A stretch of 64,000 nucleotides of DNA from Planctomycetota bacterium. GTDB taxonomy: Bacteria; Planctomycetota; B15-G4; JADJEK01. The translations under genes and the position numbers were made by a program. Positions within the stretch are counted from its first letter, which is position 1. Each line of letters begins with the position of its first letter. Under the pieces are notes generated by a model, which worked only from the letters and a program-made list of their open reading frames with translations, searched no databases and had not been told where the DNA came from. The stretch is from assembly GCA_044225365.1 (NCBI GenBank), contig JBGAIQ010000004.1:64001-128000 (forward strand), in the 5' to 3' direction. Of the stretch, positions 17,958 to 28,658 are shown in pieces.

Positions 17958-18863
17958 ATGAATCTCTTCAATTCCCTGATCGCGGCCTCTCTGCCCTTCG
18001 TTCCGAAGTCGATCTGCAAGGTCTTCTCGCGACCGTACATCGCGGGCGAAACGATCGACGACATGGTGAGAGCCGTGCGGCAGCTCAACGCCGAGGGCGC
18101 CATGTGCACCGTCGACGTTCTCGGGGAATTCACTCGCGACCTGAAGCAGTGCGACGCCACGGTCGCGGAGTACGAGCAAGCGATCGCGGCAATCGCGCGC
18201 GAGAAGCTCGACTGCAATGTGTCGATCAAGCTCACGGCATTCGGTCTCTCGATCGATCGCGATGCGTGCGTGAAGAACGTTCGCAAGGTCCTCACCGCTG
18301 CGTCGAAGCACGGGATGTTCGTGCGCTTCGACATGGAGGACTCCCCGTACACGACGAAGACGCTCGACCTGCTGCGCGAGATGCGCAAGGAGTTCACCGC
18401 GGTCGGCCCCGTGATCCAGGCGTACATGCGACGCAGTCTCGCGGACATTCGCGACCTCGAATCGACCCTGAAGCCGCTCAACGTGCGACTCTGCAAGGGC
18501 ATCTACCGCGAGCCGCCCGAGGTGGCCTTCCAGGATCGTGAGGTCGTGCGCAAGTCGTACGCGAACCTACTCGAGATCTTGCTCACGAACGGCGTGTACG
18601 TCGGCATCGCGACCCACGACGAAGTGCTGCTCTACGACGCCCTGCGCATCATCGATCGCCTGCATCTCTCGCGCGACCAGTACGAGTTCCAGATGCTCTA
18701 CGGCGTGATCCCGAAGATGCGGAAGCAGCTGATCTCGGAAGGTCATCGACTGCGCGTCTACGTTCCGTTCGGCAAGGAATGGTATGGCTACTCGCTGCGT
18801 CGCTTGCGGGAGAACCCACAGGTTGCGAGGTACGTCCTGAAGGCCATGTTCCAGCGGTCCTGA
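17958..18863 (+). CDS. Monofunctional proline dehydrogenase
   Basis: YIAGE, DVLGE, SIKLT, RFDMEDS, VIQAY, VRLCKGIY, IATHD, EFQMLYG, RVYVPFG...RRLRENP. Confidence 0.92.
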   Translation: MNLFNSLIAASLPFVPKSICKVFSRPYIAGETIDDMVRAVRQLNAEGAMCTVDVLGEFTRDLKQCDATVAEYEQAIAAIAREKLDCNVSIKLTAFGLSIDRDACVKNVRKVLTAASKHGMFVRFDMEDSPYTTKTLDLLREMRKEFTAVGPVIQAYMRRSLADIRDLESTLKPLNVRLCKGIYREPPEVAFQDREVVRKSYANLLEILLTNGVYVGIATHDEVLLYDALRIIDRLHLSRDQYEFQMLYGVIPKMRKQLISEGHRLRVYVPFGKEWYGYSLRRLRENPQVARYVLKAMFQRS

Positions 18864-19835
18864 GTGAGCGCCTCGCGCTTCCGCACCCGACTCGCGCCTT
18901 CGCCGACCGGCGAACTCCACCTCGGCAATGCCCGTACGTTCGTACTCACGTGGTTGCTCGCGCGCCAGGCGGGAGGATCGGTGGTCCTTCGCATCGAAGA
19001 TCTCGATTCGCGGCGAGTGAAGCCGGGTTCGATCGACACGCAGATCGCACAGCTCGAGTGGCTCGGGCTCGATTGGGACGAAGGCCCCGTCATCCAGTCG
19101 AAGCGAACCGGAGAATTCGCACGCGCGATCGAGCAGCTCACGGGATCAGGGCTGGTGTATCCCTGCGTCTGTTCGCGCAAGGAGATCGAATCCGCGGCGT
19201 CGGCGCCGCATGCCTCGGACGAGGGGCCGCGTTATCCCGGCACCTGTCGGGGCCGCTTCTCGTCGATCGAGGAGGCGCGCCAGGTGAAGGGCGGTGAACC
19301 GGCGCTGCGTTTCATCGTCTCACCCGGTCCCGTTTCGTTCGATGACGGCATCCGCGGGCCCACCACCCTCGACCCGAGCGCGGTCGGCGGCGACTTCGTC
19401 GTGCGTTCCCCCGACTCGCAGTTCAGCTATCAACTCGCCGTCAGCGTCGATGACGCCGCGATGGGCATCACCGAGGTGATCCGCGGCGACGACCTTCTCA
19501 CCTCGACTCCGCGGCAGATCCTGCTCCATCGCGCACTTGGGTACTCGCCGCCGCGATATTCGCATCTGCCGCTCGTGCTCGCGCAGGATGGGTCGAAGCT
19601 GAGCAAGCGACGAAAGGACCTCGATCTCTCGGCTCTCGCCGCGCGCGGGGTGACACCCGACGAGGTGCTTTCGTGGATCGCGAGCAGCGCGGGGATCGAA
19701 GTTCGATCTAGTCGAGTCACGCTTCGCGACCTGATCGGCGCGCTCGACCTCCGGGCCCTCCCTGCGAATCCCCTCGTGCTGGGCGACTCCCCCTTCGCGC
19801 GCAACGACTTTGGCGGCGGCGGACGCGGTCCGTAA
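18864..19835 (+). CDS. gluQ: Glutamyl-queuosine tRNA(Asp) synthetase
   Basis: RLAPSPTGELHLGN, LRIEDLD, YPCVCSRKEI, YPGTCR, GDFVV, YQLAVSVDD, IRGDDL, KLSKR; no anticodon-binding domain. Confidence 0.88.
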   Translation: MSASRFRTRLAPSPTGELHLGNARTFVLTWLLARQAGGSVVLRIEDLDSRRVKPGSIDTQIAQLEWLGLDWDEGPVIQSKRTGEFARAIEQLTGSGLVYPCVCSRKEIESAASAPHASDEGPRYPGTCRGRFSSIEEARQVKGGEPALRFIVSPGPVSFDDGIRGPTTLDPSAVGGDFVVRSPDSQFSYQLAVSVDDAAMGITEVIRGDDLLTSTPRQILLHRALGYSPPRYSHLPLVLAQDGSKLSKRRKDLDLSALAARGVTPDEVLSWIASSAGIEVRSSRVTLRDLIGALDLRALPANPLVLGDSPFARNDFGGGGRGP

Positions 19836-20022
19836 CCGCCAACTTTGGCGGCGGCGGCTCCGATCCGTAACCGCCGGGGTCGGCGGCGGCGGCTGCGATC
19901 CGTAACCGCCGGGTTCGGCGGCGGCGGCTGCGATCCGTAACCGCCGGGGTCGGCGGCGGCGGCTGCGATCCGTCTCCGCCGGTTTCCGAGTCGGCGGCGG
20001 CGGACGCGGTCCGTGACCGCCG
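19807..20022. repeat. Tandem array of six ~35-bp palindromic REP-like units
   Basis: Unit GGCGGCGGCGG(ACGCGG/CTGCGA)TCCGTAACCGCC plus a short variable linker, between convergent gluQ and DUF1501 genes. Confidence 0.9.
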
Positions 20023-20032
20023 TGGAGGGGGA

Positions 20033-21478
20033 TTAGGCGAGGACGTCCGTGTTGATGTTGCCGCCGACGTCCGTGAGGCGGAAGTCGCGGCCTTGGTGAC
20101 GGAAGACCAGCTTCTTGTGGTCGAGCCCGAGGCAGGCGAGCACGGTCGCTTGCAGATCGTGCATGTGGAGCGGTTGGTCGACGACGTCCCAACCCCAGTC
20201 ATCGGTCTTGCCGTATTCGAACCCGGGTTTGAAGCCGCCGCCCGCGATGAGCACGCCGTTCGATAGCGCGCTGTGATCGCGGCCGTAGCTGTCGAACGAG
20301 AGCGGGCCTTCGCAGTACGCGGTGCGGCCGAATTCGCCCGTGAACATCACGATCGTGTCGTCGAGCAGACCTCTCTCCTTCAGATCGGAGATGAGCGCGG
20401 CCGTCGGCTTGTCGACGTCCTCGCACTTCTTCGGCAGCGCGGTCGGAATGCGGAAGTGATGGTCCCACCCGCCATCGCAGATCTGGATGAAGCGCGTGCC
20501 TCGTTCGGCGAGACGGCGAGCGAGGAGACAGTTGTTTGCGAACGAGACCTTGCCAGGTTCGGCGCCGTAGAGGTCAAGGACGTCCTGCGGTTCCTTCGAT
20601 AGGTCGGTCAACTCCGGCACGCTCGTCTGCATGCGCGCCGCCATCTCGTACGCTTGAACGCGCGTCGTGATGTCGGGGTCGCCCTGCGCCTTCTCGTGCA
20701 TCTCGTTCAGTGCCTTCACGGCATCGAGTACCGGCTTGCGTGCCTTGTCGTCGACGCCATCCGGGTTCTTCACGAAGAGCACGGGCTCACCACCGCTGCG
20801 GAATTGGACACCCTGGTAACGCCCGGGCAGGAACCCGTTGTGCCAGAGCCGAGGATGGAGCGGCGTGCCGCCGTCGCCGCCCGAGAGCAGAACGACGAAT
20901 TCGGGGATGTTCTCGTTCATCGTGCCGAGCGCGTAGCTGACCCACGACCCGAACGACGGCCGCCCGAGGATCTGCGTGCCCGTGAAGAGGATCGTCATCG
21001 CGGCTTCGTGGAGCACGTGATCGGTCTGCAGCGAGCGACAGAGCAGGAGATCGTCCGCAATGGCGCCGAGGTTCGGCAGCAGTTCCGACATGTGCATGCC
21101 GCACTTGCCGTACTTCTTGAACTTGAACTTCGTGCCGACGACGGGGAGGGCGCCCTGCTTCTCTGTGAGGCCGGTGATGCGTTGGCCACGACGCACCGAG
21201 TCGGGAAGCTCCTCGCCGCGACGCTGATTCAGCACGGGCTTCTCGTCGAACAGATCGAGCTGCGACAGGCCGCCCGAGAGGAAGATGAGGATGACGCGCT
21301 TCGCCGTCGCCTTCGACAGGCGATAGGCCGCCGCCGCCGCATCCTCGGCCGAGGCAGCGCGCCCCAGCATGCTCGTGAGCGCGAAGGCTCCGAGGCCGAA
21401 GAGGCTGCTGCTCATGAAAGCCCGCCGCGACAACTCGGCGTTCAGGAGGGATCCGATCGTACGGTCTTCAGTGTTCAT
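20033..21478 (-). CDS. DUF1501-family protein with Tat signal
   Basis: SRRAFM Tat motif; AKRVILIFLSGGLSQLDLFD, RPSFGSWVSYALG, LLARRLAERG, GGWDHH, GEFGRT, GRDH, RDFRLTDV. Confidence 0.92.
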   Translation of the reverse strand: MNTEDRTIGSLLNAELSRRAFMSSSLFGLGAFALTSMLGRAASAEDAAAAAYRLSKATAKRVILIFLSGGLSQLDLFDEKPVLNQRRGEELPDSVRRGQRITGLTEKQGALPVVGTKFKFKKYGKCGMHMSELLPNLGAIADDLLLCRSLQTDHVLHEAAMTILFTGTQILGRPSFGSWVSYALGTMNENIPEFVVLLSGGDGGTPLHPRLWHNGFLPGRYQGVQFRSGGEPVLFVKNPDGVDDKARKPVLDAVKALNEMHEKAQGDPDITTRVQAYEMAARMQTSVPELTDLSKEPQDVLDLYGAEPGKVSFANNCLLARRLAERGTRFIQICDGGWDHHFRIPTALPKKCEDVDKPTAALISDLKERGLLDDTIVMFTGEFGRTAYCEGPLSFDSYGRDHSALSNGVLIAGGGFKPGFEYGKTDDWGWDVVDQPLHMHDLQATVLACLGLDHKKLVFRHQGRDFRLTDVGGNINTDVLA

Positions 21479-21500
21479 GATCGTATGGCTTTCCTTGGCA

Positions 21501-24500
21501 TCAACCACGGCGGATCGATTCGTCGAGATTCAGCAGCGCGCTTCCGAGCTGCGCCCAGGCCGCGACTTCGACGGCGTCGAGCTTGGCATCGGTCTTCGCA
21601 TCGCCAACAGCGAGCAACTTCTTCACGGCTTCGGGATCCGCCTTGAAGTGCTCCCGTTCCTTCGCGAGGAGATCGCCGAGGATCTTCGCTTCGGCATCGT
21701 TCGGCAGACGTGACGTGCAGAGGCGGAAGCCGTACGCGATTCGCTGCGCTTCCTCCTTGCCACCCTCCTTCAACATGCGTTGACCGAGCATGCGACCCGC
21801 CTCGACGTAGACCGGGTCGTTGAGGAGCACGAGCGCCTGGAGCGGCGTCGTGGTGTAGGCGCGCGAGACCGTGCAGGTCTCGCGCTTGCTCGCGTCGAAC
21901 GTGATGAACGACGGATACGGCACGCCACGCTTCCAATACACGTAGAGGCCGCGCCGGTACTGCCCCTCGTCGGCGTCCTTCGTCCAGTCCTTGCCGCCCG
22001 TGATCGCGGACCACAGACCGACGGGCTGGAACGGCTTCACCGGCTTGCCACCGATCTTCTCGACGAGCAGCCCGGCCTCGGCGAGCGCGTTGTCACGGAT
22101 CATCTCCGCCGTCATGCGCAGGTGCGGACCGCGAGATAGCAGGCGATTCTCCGGATCCTTCTCGAGCTTCTCGGGACGGATCGTCGAGGCTTGCCGATAC
22201 GTCGCCGACAACACGATCCGGCGCTGCATCTTCTTCACGTCGAAACCGCTCGCGACGAATTCACACGCGAGGTAGTCGAGCAGGTCGGCATGACTCGGCT
22301 GCTCGGACCGGATTCCGAAGTCCTCGGCGGTCTTCACGAACCCGACACCGAAGAACTGCTGCCACATCCGGTTGATCGTGACGCGAGCCGTGAGCGGATG
22401 ATCCTTCGACACGAGCCAGCGCGCGAGTCCGAGGCGATTCTTCGGTTGGTCCTCGGGGAACGCCGGCAACACGAGGGGCGTGTTCGCGCTCACCTTCTCG
22501 GTCTTGTACTTGTATTGACCGCGCTTGAAGACGTAGGCCTGACGCGGCTTGTCCATCTCGTCCATGACGAGCGACTCGGGAATCTGCTTCTTCAACTGCG
22601 CCTGCTCGTCCTTCAAGCGATCGAGTTCGTCGGCGAGGACGTGGTCGATCGTCGAGATCCTCCGCCGGAAGTAGTCGCGAATGACTTTCTTGCGCTGCTG
22701 CTCGGGAGTCAGCGTCGGCTTCTTCGGACCGGATTCGGGAGACGGCGGAGCCTTGCCCTCACCGGCCTTCACCTCGACGAAGGTCGGCACCGCTGCCTTG
22801 CCGTCGCGCTCGGCGCTCTTCACCGGTGGCGCCTTGTCGATCACCTTCGGCTCCGTGCCCTTGTCGGCCGCGGGAGGCGTGACGTCGCCGGGCGGAACCC
22901 GCACATCGCGCGCGTTCGGGCCCGACGCACTGCTCGTATTCAACGCGGGTGCCGTATCCGCGACGGTCGGCGTCGCCGCCGCTTTCGCCGCGCTCCGCTC
23001 CTTGAACTCGCGTCGCAGCGCCATCGCCACTTCGTGATTCAAGACGTCGTCGCCTTCGGCATCGAGCGAGAACGTCATCGCCCCGCCGGCTCCGCCGCGG
23101 CGGCCCATGCCGCCGCCGAAGAACATCATTCCGCCGAAGCCCTTGGCGCTGTCGTCGCGTGGAGGAGCAGCCGCCACCGTGTGGATGGTCTTCAGCACGA
23201 GTTCGTTCTCGCCCGCGCGGAAGCCGAGCTTGATCACGGCGCCGGTCTTCTTGCCTCCACCGCCGAAGAAGTCCGCGAGATTGAAGTTGTCGGAGTCCAT
23301 GTCCGACTTCTTCGCCTCGACCTTGGGCTTCGGCTCCGACGAAGTGACCTCTTCGCCGTTGAGCCACAGGCGATATCCGTCAGGACCATCGAGGTGGATC
23401 GTGGCCGTGCGGGGACCGTCACAGACGATCGTGCGGGTGAGGTAGTAGGCGTAGCTGCCCGTACCGTCGAGCGACTGACGTTCGCCATCCTTCCACGTCG
23501 TGCGATCGGTCCACGCGAGCTTCTCGGGCTTCTTCTTCTCGTCGCCCTTACCGTCCTTGCCGTCCTTGTCCTTTTGGGACGCATTGGCCGCGTCATCCTT
23601 CTTCGTCGCCTTGACGTCCTTCTGAGGCGCTGCGGCGACCGCGGCGGCAGCTTCGACCGGGACTGCCGGCGCGGGCACGGGCTGCGATTCGGGCGCGGGC
23701 TTGGCTGCGACGCCTTCGGTTTCGCCCGCGGGCTTGCCGTCCTCGCCGCCGAGCTTCTTCTTGAACCCGCCGCCGAACTTGCCGCCCTCCTTATTGAAAC
23801 CGCCCTTGCTCTTGCCGGGGAATCCACCCGGCTCGCCGTCCTTCGCGGCGGGCTTCTCGTCCTTGGGATTGGCCTCCGACTCGGCTTTCGCACCGTCGGA
23901 GACAGGGGGCGCTGCGGCCGCCTCGGGAGCAACGTTCGTCGGGGCCACGGCATCGGGCGCCTTCTTGGCCTCGGCCTTGTCTGCAGCGAGCGCCGTCTCC
24001 GTAGCCTTCGATTCGCCGGAGTCCTTGGCGTCCTTGCTCGCGTCCTTGCCCTCGGGCGCGGGCGGACCCTTGCCGCCCTTGCCCTTGCCTTCCGCTCCAT
24101 CGGTGGCGGGTGCCGGAGGCAGAACGGGCTTCTCGTACTTCTTCGTGCGATCGATCCCGGACTTCAATTCGGACTCGGGGGCGAAGGCCGTCGAATACGC
24201 GGTCGCGGCGTCGGCCGCGGGGAATGGACCCACGCTCGCCCAGAATTTCGGCGCCACGGGGAGCATCAGCTTGCGGATGCGATCGTCCTCACAGTACGAC
24301 AACCGGAAGCGGCCGATCAGGCTCTTGAACTTCTGCGTCGACTGGAAGTACATCGTGACGCGAATCGTGGAGGCGTCGTTGAGCTCGAGCGGCTCGATCG
24401 GAATCAACACCGCTTCGTGAGCTTCCTTGCGGGCGCTGCCCGCGATGCTCCAACCTCCGCCGCCGCGGAAGTTGCCGTCCATCCCGGTGTCCTTCATCGG

Positions 24501-26195
24501 CTCGACGACGATCGCGCCATCGATTCCGCTCGGAGCGCCGTCGTCCGTGACCGCGTCGATCGCATTGAAATCGAAGTTCTGATTGAGGTCGGTATCGGCC
24601 TTCGCGACGTACACGAGCGGCGGATCCGAGCTCTCGGAGAACGTCGAGTTGCGGATCTCGAGGCGAGAGAGGATGAATCGACCGTCCGACGCGCGACCCG
24701 ACGAACCGTCCGGCTGGCTCGGATCGGGCATCACCTCGATTCGCAGAGCGCTGATCCGCTTCTTGCCGGGCTGCAGCACGACGTCGTAGACATCCTTCAC
24801 GGGCGTGGGTCCCGTGGCGAGGATCGAGCCGTCGTCCTGCCGCTTCAGGATCGAGCCGTTCCGCGAGATGAGCCCCGTGGGATCGAGCGTCGTCCAGACG
24901 AAATCGTCGCCGAGACGATCTCGCATCCGCTCTTCCCACTCGCGCTGATCGGCATCGGCAAGCGGGTCCTCCGCATCGAGCCGTGCTTCGACCTGCTTGA
25001 TCTTGCGCTCGAGGTCCGCGAGTCGCGGCGCCTGATCCGCGTTCGGAACCGGCATCGACGGCCGCGGGTTGCTGCCGCCGAATCCGTCGGAGTCGCGTTC
25101 CTTCACGTTGTTGAAGAACGAATAGAACGAGTAGTAATCCCGCTGCGAGAGCGGGTCGTACTTGTGATCGTGACATTGCGCGCAGCCGAGCGTGAGACCC
25201 ATGAACACCGTCGATGTCGTGTTCACGCGATCGATCACGTAGGCGGAGCGATACTCGTCCTCTTCCTCGCCGGCCTCGCTGTTCGTCGGATGATTGCGAT
25301 TGAAACCGGTCGCGATCTTCTGGTCGAGCGTCGGATTCGGCAGCAGATCGCCCGCGAGCTGTTCGATCGTGAATTGATCGAACGGCATGTTCTTGTTGTA
25401 GGCGTCGATGACCCAATCGCGCCATTTCCAGTTGCTGCGCGCCTCGTCGCGCTGATAACCGCCGGTGTCGGCGTAGCGCGCGAGATCGAGCCAGTCCTGG
25501 GCCTGGCGCTCACCATAGCGCGGTGACGCGAGCAGTCGATCGACCTGCTTCTCGTAGGCGGTCGCACTGGTGTCCTTGAGGAAGGCATCGAGTTCGGCAG
25601 GCGTCGGCGCGATACCCGTGAGGTCGAGAGAGGCCCGACGGAGCCACGATTCGCGCGTGGCTTCGGTCTCCGGCGCCATGCCTTCCTTCTCGAGCTTGGC
25701 GAGTACGAAGGCGTCGAGCGGATCCTTCACCCACCCGCGATCGTTGACCGTCGGGATCGCGGGCGACACGGGCGCCTTGAAAGCCCAGTGTTCGGGCCAG
25801 TCGGCCCCTTGCGCGATCCACTGCTCGAGGACCTCGATCTGCTTGCTGCTGAGCTTGTCGCCGGTCTTGGGCGGAGGCATGAGCTCGTCGGCCTCGGCGG
25901 ACTTGATGCGTTCGACGACCTCGGACGCCTTTGGATCTCCGGGCTTGATCGCGAATTCGTTGTCGTGCGCGGCGAGAGCCTCGGCCTTGAGGTCGAGACG
26001 GAGGTTCGCCTTGCGAGCAGCGGAGTCGGGCCCGTGGCACTGGAAGCAATGCTGCGCGAGGATCGGCCGCACTTGCTTGAAGAAGTCGATCTTCGGCGGA
26101 GCGGCCGAGGCGGGATCGCCGTCTGCGGCGAAGACGAGCGCGACCGATGCCGAAAGAACGCCGAACGCCGTGAGTCCGCCGATCGTGAAACGCAT
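21501..26195 (-). CDS. Planctomycete cytochrome c / DUF1549 / DUF1553 (PSD1) protein
   Basis: Signal peptide; CFQCHGPD heme motif; [35 protein letters not shown]; [32 protein letters not shown]. Confidence 0.93.
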   Translation of the reverse strand: MRFTIGGLTAFGVLSASVALVFAADGDPASAAPPKIDFFKQVRPILAQHCFQCHGPDSAARKANLRLDLKAEALAAHDNEFAIKPGDPKASEVVERIKSAEADELMPPPKTGDKLSSKQIEVLEQWIAQGADWPEHWAFKAPVSPAIPTVNDRGWVKDPLDAFVLAKLEKEGMAPETEATRESWLRRASLDLTGIAPTPAELDAFLKDTSATAYEKQVDRLLASPRYGERQAQDWLDLARYADTGGYQRDEARSNWKWRDWVIDAYNKNMPFDQFTIEQLAGDLLPNPTLDQKIATGFNRNHPTNSEAGEEEDEYRSAYVIDRVNTTSTVFMGLTLGCAQCHDHKYDPLSQRDYYSFYSFFNNVKERDSDGFGGSNPRPSMPVPNADQAPRLADLERKIKQVEARLDAEDPLADADQREWEERMRDRLGDDFVWTTLDPTGLISRNGSILKRQDDGSILATGPTPVKDVYDVVLQPGKKRISALRIEVMPDPSQPDGSSGRASDGRFILSRLEIRNSTFSESSDPPLVYVAKADTDLNQNFDFNAIDAVTDDGAPSGIDGAIVVEPMKDTGMDGNFRGGGGWSIAGSARKEAHEAVLIPIEPLELNDASTIRVTMYFQSTQKFKSLIGRFRLSYCEDDRIRKLMLPVAPKFWASVGPFPAADAATAYSTAFAPESELKSGIDRTKKYEKPVLPPAPATDGAEGKGKGGKGPPAPEGKDASKDAKDSGESKATETALAADKAEAKKAPDAVAPTNVAPEAAAAPPVSDGAKAESEANPKDEKPAAKDGEPGGFPGKSKGGFNKEGGKFGGGFKKKLGGEDGKPAGETEGVAAKPAPESQPVPAPAVPVEAAAAVAAAPQKDVKATKKDDAANASQKDKDGKDGKGDEKKKPEKLAWTDRTTWKDGERQSLDGTGSYAYYLTRTIVCDGPRTATIHLDGPDGYRLWLNGEEVTSSEPKPKVEAKKSDMDSDNFNLADFFGGGGKKTGAVIKLGFRAGENELVLKTIHTVAAAPPRDDSAKGFGGMMFFGGGMGRRGGAGGAMTFSLDAEGDDVLNHEVAMALRREFKERSAAKAAATPTVADTAPALNTSSASGPNARDVRVPPGDVTPPAADKGTEPKVIDKAPPVKSAERDGKAAVPTFVEVKAGEGKAPPSPESGPKKPTLTPEQQRKKVIRDYFRRRISTIDHVLADELDRLKDEQAQLKKQIPESLVMDEMDKPRQAYVFKRGQYKYKTEKVSANTPLVLPAFPEDQPKNRLGLARWLVSKDHPLTARVTINRMWQQFFGVGFVKTAEDFGIRSEQPSHADLLDYLACEFVASGFDVKKMQRRIVLSATYRQASTIRPEKLEKDPENRLLSRGPHLRMTAEMIRDNALAEAGLLVEKIGGKPVKPFQPVGLWSAITGGKDWTKDADEGQYRRGLYVYWKRGVPYPSFITFDASKRETCTVSRAYTTTPLQALVLLNDPVYVEAGRMLGQRMLKEGGKEEAQRIAYGFRLCTSRLPNDAEAKILGDLLAKEREHFKADPEAVKKLLAVGDAKTDAKLDAVEVAAWAQLGSALLNLDESIRRG

Positions 26196-26488
26196 CGCGG
26201 GACCTCCAAAGGTCGATCACCAGTTCTGTCGTTCACGCGCGCGGGCCCGGGAACCGGAGGCAGAGGCCTCTCGAGTTCTCGAGCATGCTGGACTTCTTTG
26301 CGTGAGCGAGCCGAAAGCTCCGCAGGCGCCAACGGAGAAGCACTTGCGAGCACGAGGATGATACACGGAAATGGAGCCGGCGCGGGTGCCTCGCGCGGGA
26401 AACAGGGGCCTACGTTCGTCTTTCAGCGATGTTGGATCGGGGCGAACGTATCTATCGCTCGATGGGGGCTCGATGGGGGCTCGGTCGA

Positions 26489-26782
26489 TCAAACGAATTC
26501 GGCGGACAGTCGCGAGCGATCGAGGTAGCCGTTCCAGGCGATCGAACCCCCGACGATCCGGAACACCTTTCCGGAGTCTTCCGCCTCCTTGCGACTGAGG
26601 AGGAGGAGCTGCGCGACGGTGAAATCGACGTCCGTCAAATCCGTGAGCTCGACGGCAATCTCGTGGGCGTTGGACATCGCTCCGAGGATCGTCGAGTGCA
26701 GGTCCCCGACCTCGAGGACGTCGACTCGACCGCGTAGGGTAATCGTCGCAACCCCTTGATCCGTATTGATTCCGATCGACAT
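26489..26782 (-). CDS. STAS-domain protein
   Basis: GAGG RBS; ATITLRGRVDV...AVELTDLTDVDFTVAQLLL; 97 aa; sits at the end of the che operon. Confidence 0.7.
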   Translation of the reverse strand: MSIGINTDQGVATITLRGRVDVLEVGDLHSTILGAMSNAHEIAVELTDLTDVDFTVAQLLLLSRKEAEDSGKVFRIVGGSIAWNGYLDRSRLSAEFV

Positions 26783-26856
26783 CGTAGTTCCTCGTGACCA
26801 TGAGCGCGGCGCGAAGAGCCGGGATCGAATCCGCGCCGTTGAAAAACCTGGGAGCG

Positions 26857-28080
26857 TTATCGGCGCCGCGACCCGGTCGCCGCGTGACGCTTCGACCTCT
26901 TGCTCCGCGTGCCGAGTTGAATGGTCCTTCCATGCCGCCGCGTGGGCCCGGCGAACGCCGTCTCGCGAGCGAGTGCCGGAAGCATCGAGAGGCCCAGGAC
27001 ACGCGGAGGTAGGAAACCCCGCAACCCGATCGGGGCGGGAAACACGGGGGCCATCGAAAGTTCGTAGATCCGCGTCGCGAGGGCGCGGACGGAAAGGACC
27101 TCGTCGTGCGCACCGAGCCGGATCGCGGAGCGAGGAAGATCGAACTGAACGCTCGTCGCCTGATCCTGGCACAACGTGGGAGCGCCTGCCCGATGCATCG
27201 CGAGCAGACCCATCGCTCCATCGCTACCGGACCCGGACAGCAGAGCACCCACCGCGTTCGGTCCCGCACACGTCGCAACCGATTCGAAGAGCACATCGAT
27301 CGACGGTCGGTGATGCATCACCGACTCCGACTGATCGAGGGTGACGAAGTAGCCGGCGTCGTCGCGCTTCAAGCGCATGTGGAAGTTGCCGGGAGCAAGG
27401 AGCGCGACTCCGGAAGAGACGCGGCTGCCTTCCTCGGCCTCCACGACGCGAATGGCGCTCTCTTCGTTGAGACGACGGGCGAGCGTTGCCGTGAATCGAG
27501 TCGGCATGTGCTGAACGATCACCAAGCCCGGCGAGTTCTCGGGAAGCGGCAACAGGATCTGACGCAGCGCGTTCACGCCTCCCGTACAAGCACCGAGAGC
27601 GATGACACGGGTCGAATCGGCTGCCATCGACGCGGGCTCGATCCATGCCGGCGCACCCTCGAACGTCGGCGATCGCGGCGCGGCGACTGCGGCGGAGTGC
27701 ACTCGCTCCACGATCTTGCGCGAGATCTCCGGCATGTTCTCGCGGACATCGATGTCCGGTCGCGACACGAAATCCACCGCGCCCTGTTCGAGCGCGCGGA
27801 TCGCGAGCTCGATCGACTCGTCGATCAAAGAGAAGACCACGACGACGGGAATCGGACGCGCGCGCATCAACTTGCCGAGGAACGCCAGCGAATCGATGCG
27901 CATCGGCTCGAGGTCGAGCACGATCACATCGGGGTTCGCGTCCCGCACGATCTCGCGTGCAAGGATCTCGTCAGGAGCGACGCCGACGACCACGATGCTC
28001 GGATCCGCCGCGAGTGCGACGCCGAGCACCTGACCAAGGACGGTCGAATCGGTAACGATCAGGACTTTCGTCGTCGCCAT
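26857..28080 (-). CDS. cheB: CheB methylesterase/glutaminase (REC + CheB_methylest), catalytic Ser replaced by Cys
   Basis: KVLIVTDS, PDVIVLD, GAVDFV; GACTGG, VQHMP, APGNFHM, HRPSIDVLFES, GSDGA, DLPRSAI. Confidence 0.88.
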   Translation of the reverse strand: MATTKVLIVTDSTVLGQVLGVALAADPSIVVVGVAPDEILAREIVRDANPDVIVLDLEPMRIDSLAFLGKLMRARPIPVVVVFSLIDESIELAIRALEQGAVDFVSRPDIDVRENMPEISRKIVERVHSAAVAAPRSPTFEGAPAWIEPASMAADSTRVIALGACTGGVNALRQILLPLPENSPGLVIVQHMPTRFTATLARRLNEESAIRVVEAEEGSRVSSGVALLAPGNFHMRLKRDDAGYFVTLDQSESVMHHRPSIDVLFESVATCAGPNAVGALLSGSGSDGAMGLLAMHRAGAPTLCQDQATSVQFDLPRSAIRLGAHDEVLSVRALATRIYELSMAPVFPAPIGLRGFLPPRVLGLSMLPALARETAFAGPTRRHGRTIQLGTRSKRSKRHAATGSRRR

Positions 28081-28658
28081 GTTTCGGGCCCAGAATTTCC
28101 ACATGATGAGTCGTTCCCTCGACTCCTGACTTCGGGGTTGCGCACACCCGGTTTGACTTCCGTACTTCCGTGATTCGAATCGATCTTCGACACCCTCGCC
28201 ATCCCAGTATGCGACGAGAATGCGACACGTCTTGCGAACTTGCCACCGACATCCCTGGCGTCGACGACGATGTTCCGTGCTGCAAGAAACTCTTCTGCGA
28301 ACTCGATGTTGCGTCGCGGGACGGCGTCGCCGCTCTCCCGCATCTCGATCACGTGACCGCCACCGAAGATCTTGGCGTGGAGATTCGAGATCTCTGCTCC
28401 AAGACCCAGGATCCGTTTGATCAGCAGCTTCATGGCGACGTCGCCGAAGCGAGCATCGACCGTCAGCGCTGAATCCTCGGAAGCCGACGGAAGCATGAAG
28501 TGATTCATGCCGCCGATCTTCTTCGTCGGATCGAAGAGGCAGATCGAGACGCACGAACCGAGCAAGGTGCGGATGATCGTCGGTTCGGCAGCTGCATGCA
28601 GCTCGCCGACCTTGATCTCGACCTCGCGTGGGCCGGTCCTGGCGTCGTCCTTCGTCAT
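28059..28658 (-). CDS. cheD: CheD chemoreceptor glutamine deamidase
   Basis: TLLGSCVSICLFD...GGMNHFMLP, AKIFGGG, RNIEFA, DVGG. Confidence 0.92.
   Translation of the reverse strand: MTKDDARTGPREVEIKVGELHAAAEPTIIRTLLGSCVSICLFDPTKKIGGMNHFMLPSASEDSALTVDARFGDVAMKLLIKRILGLGAEISNLHAKIFGGGHVIEMRESGDAVPRRNIEFAEEFLAARNIVVDARDVGGKFARRVAFSSHTGMARVSKIDSNHGSTEVKPGVRNPEVRSRGNDSSCGNSGPETWRRRKS

Noticed and set aside
19807-20022. CRISPR array interpretation of the 35-bp tandem repeats
   Set aside because: Linkers are only ~6 nt and not unique spacers, no cas genes are present, and the same unit is dispersed at other intergenic sites.
22191-25526. 1111-aa plus-strand ORF and similar long antisense ORFs (e.g. 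32775..35921, 49336..52152, 38623..40716, 3609..5711)
   Set aside because: Shadow frames of well-supported genes in high-GC DNA; Arg-rich and without recognisable motifs.
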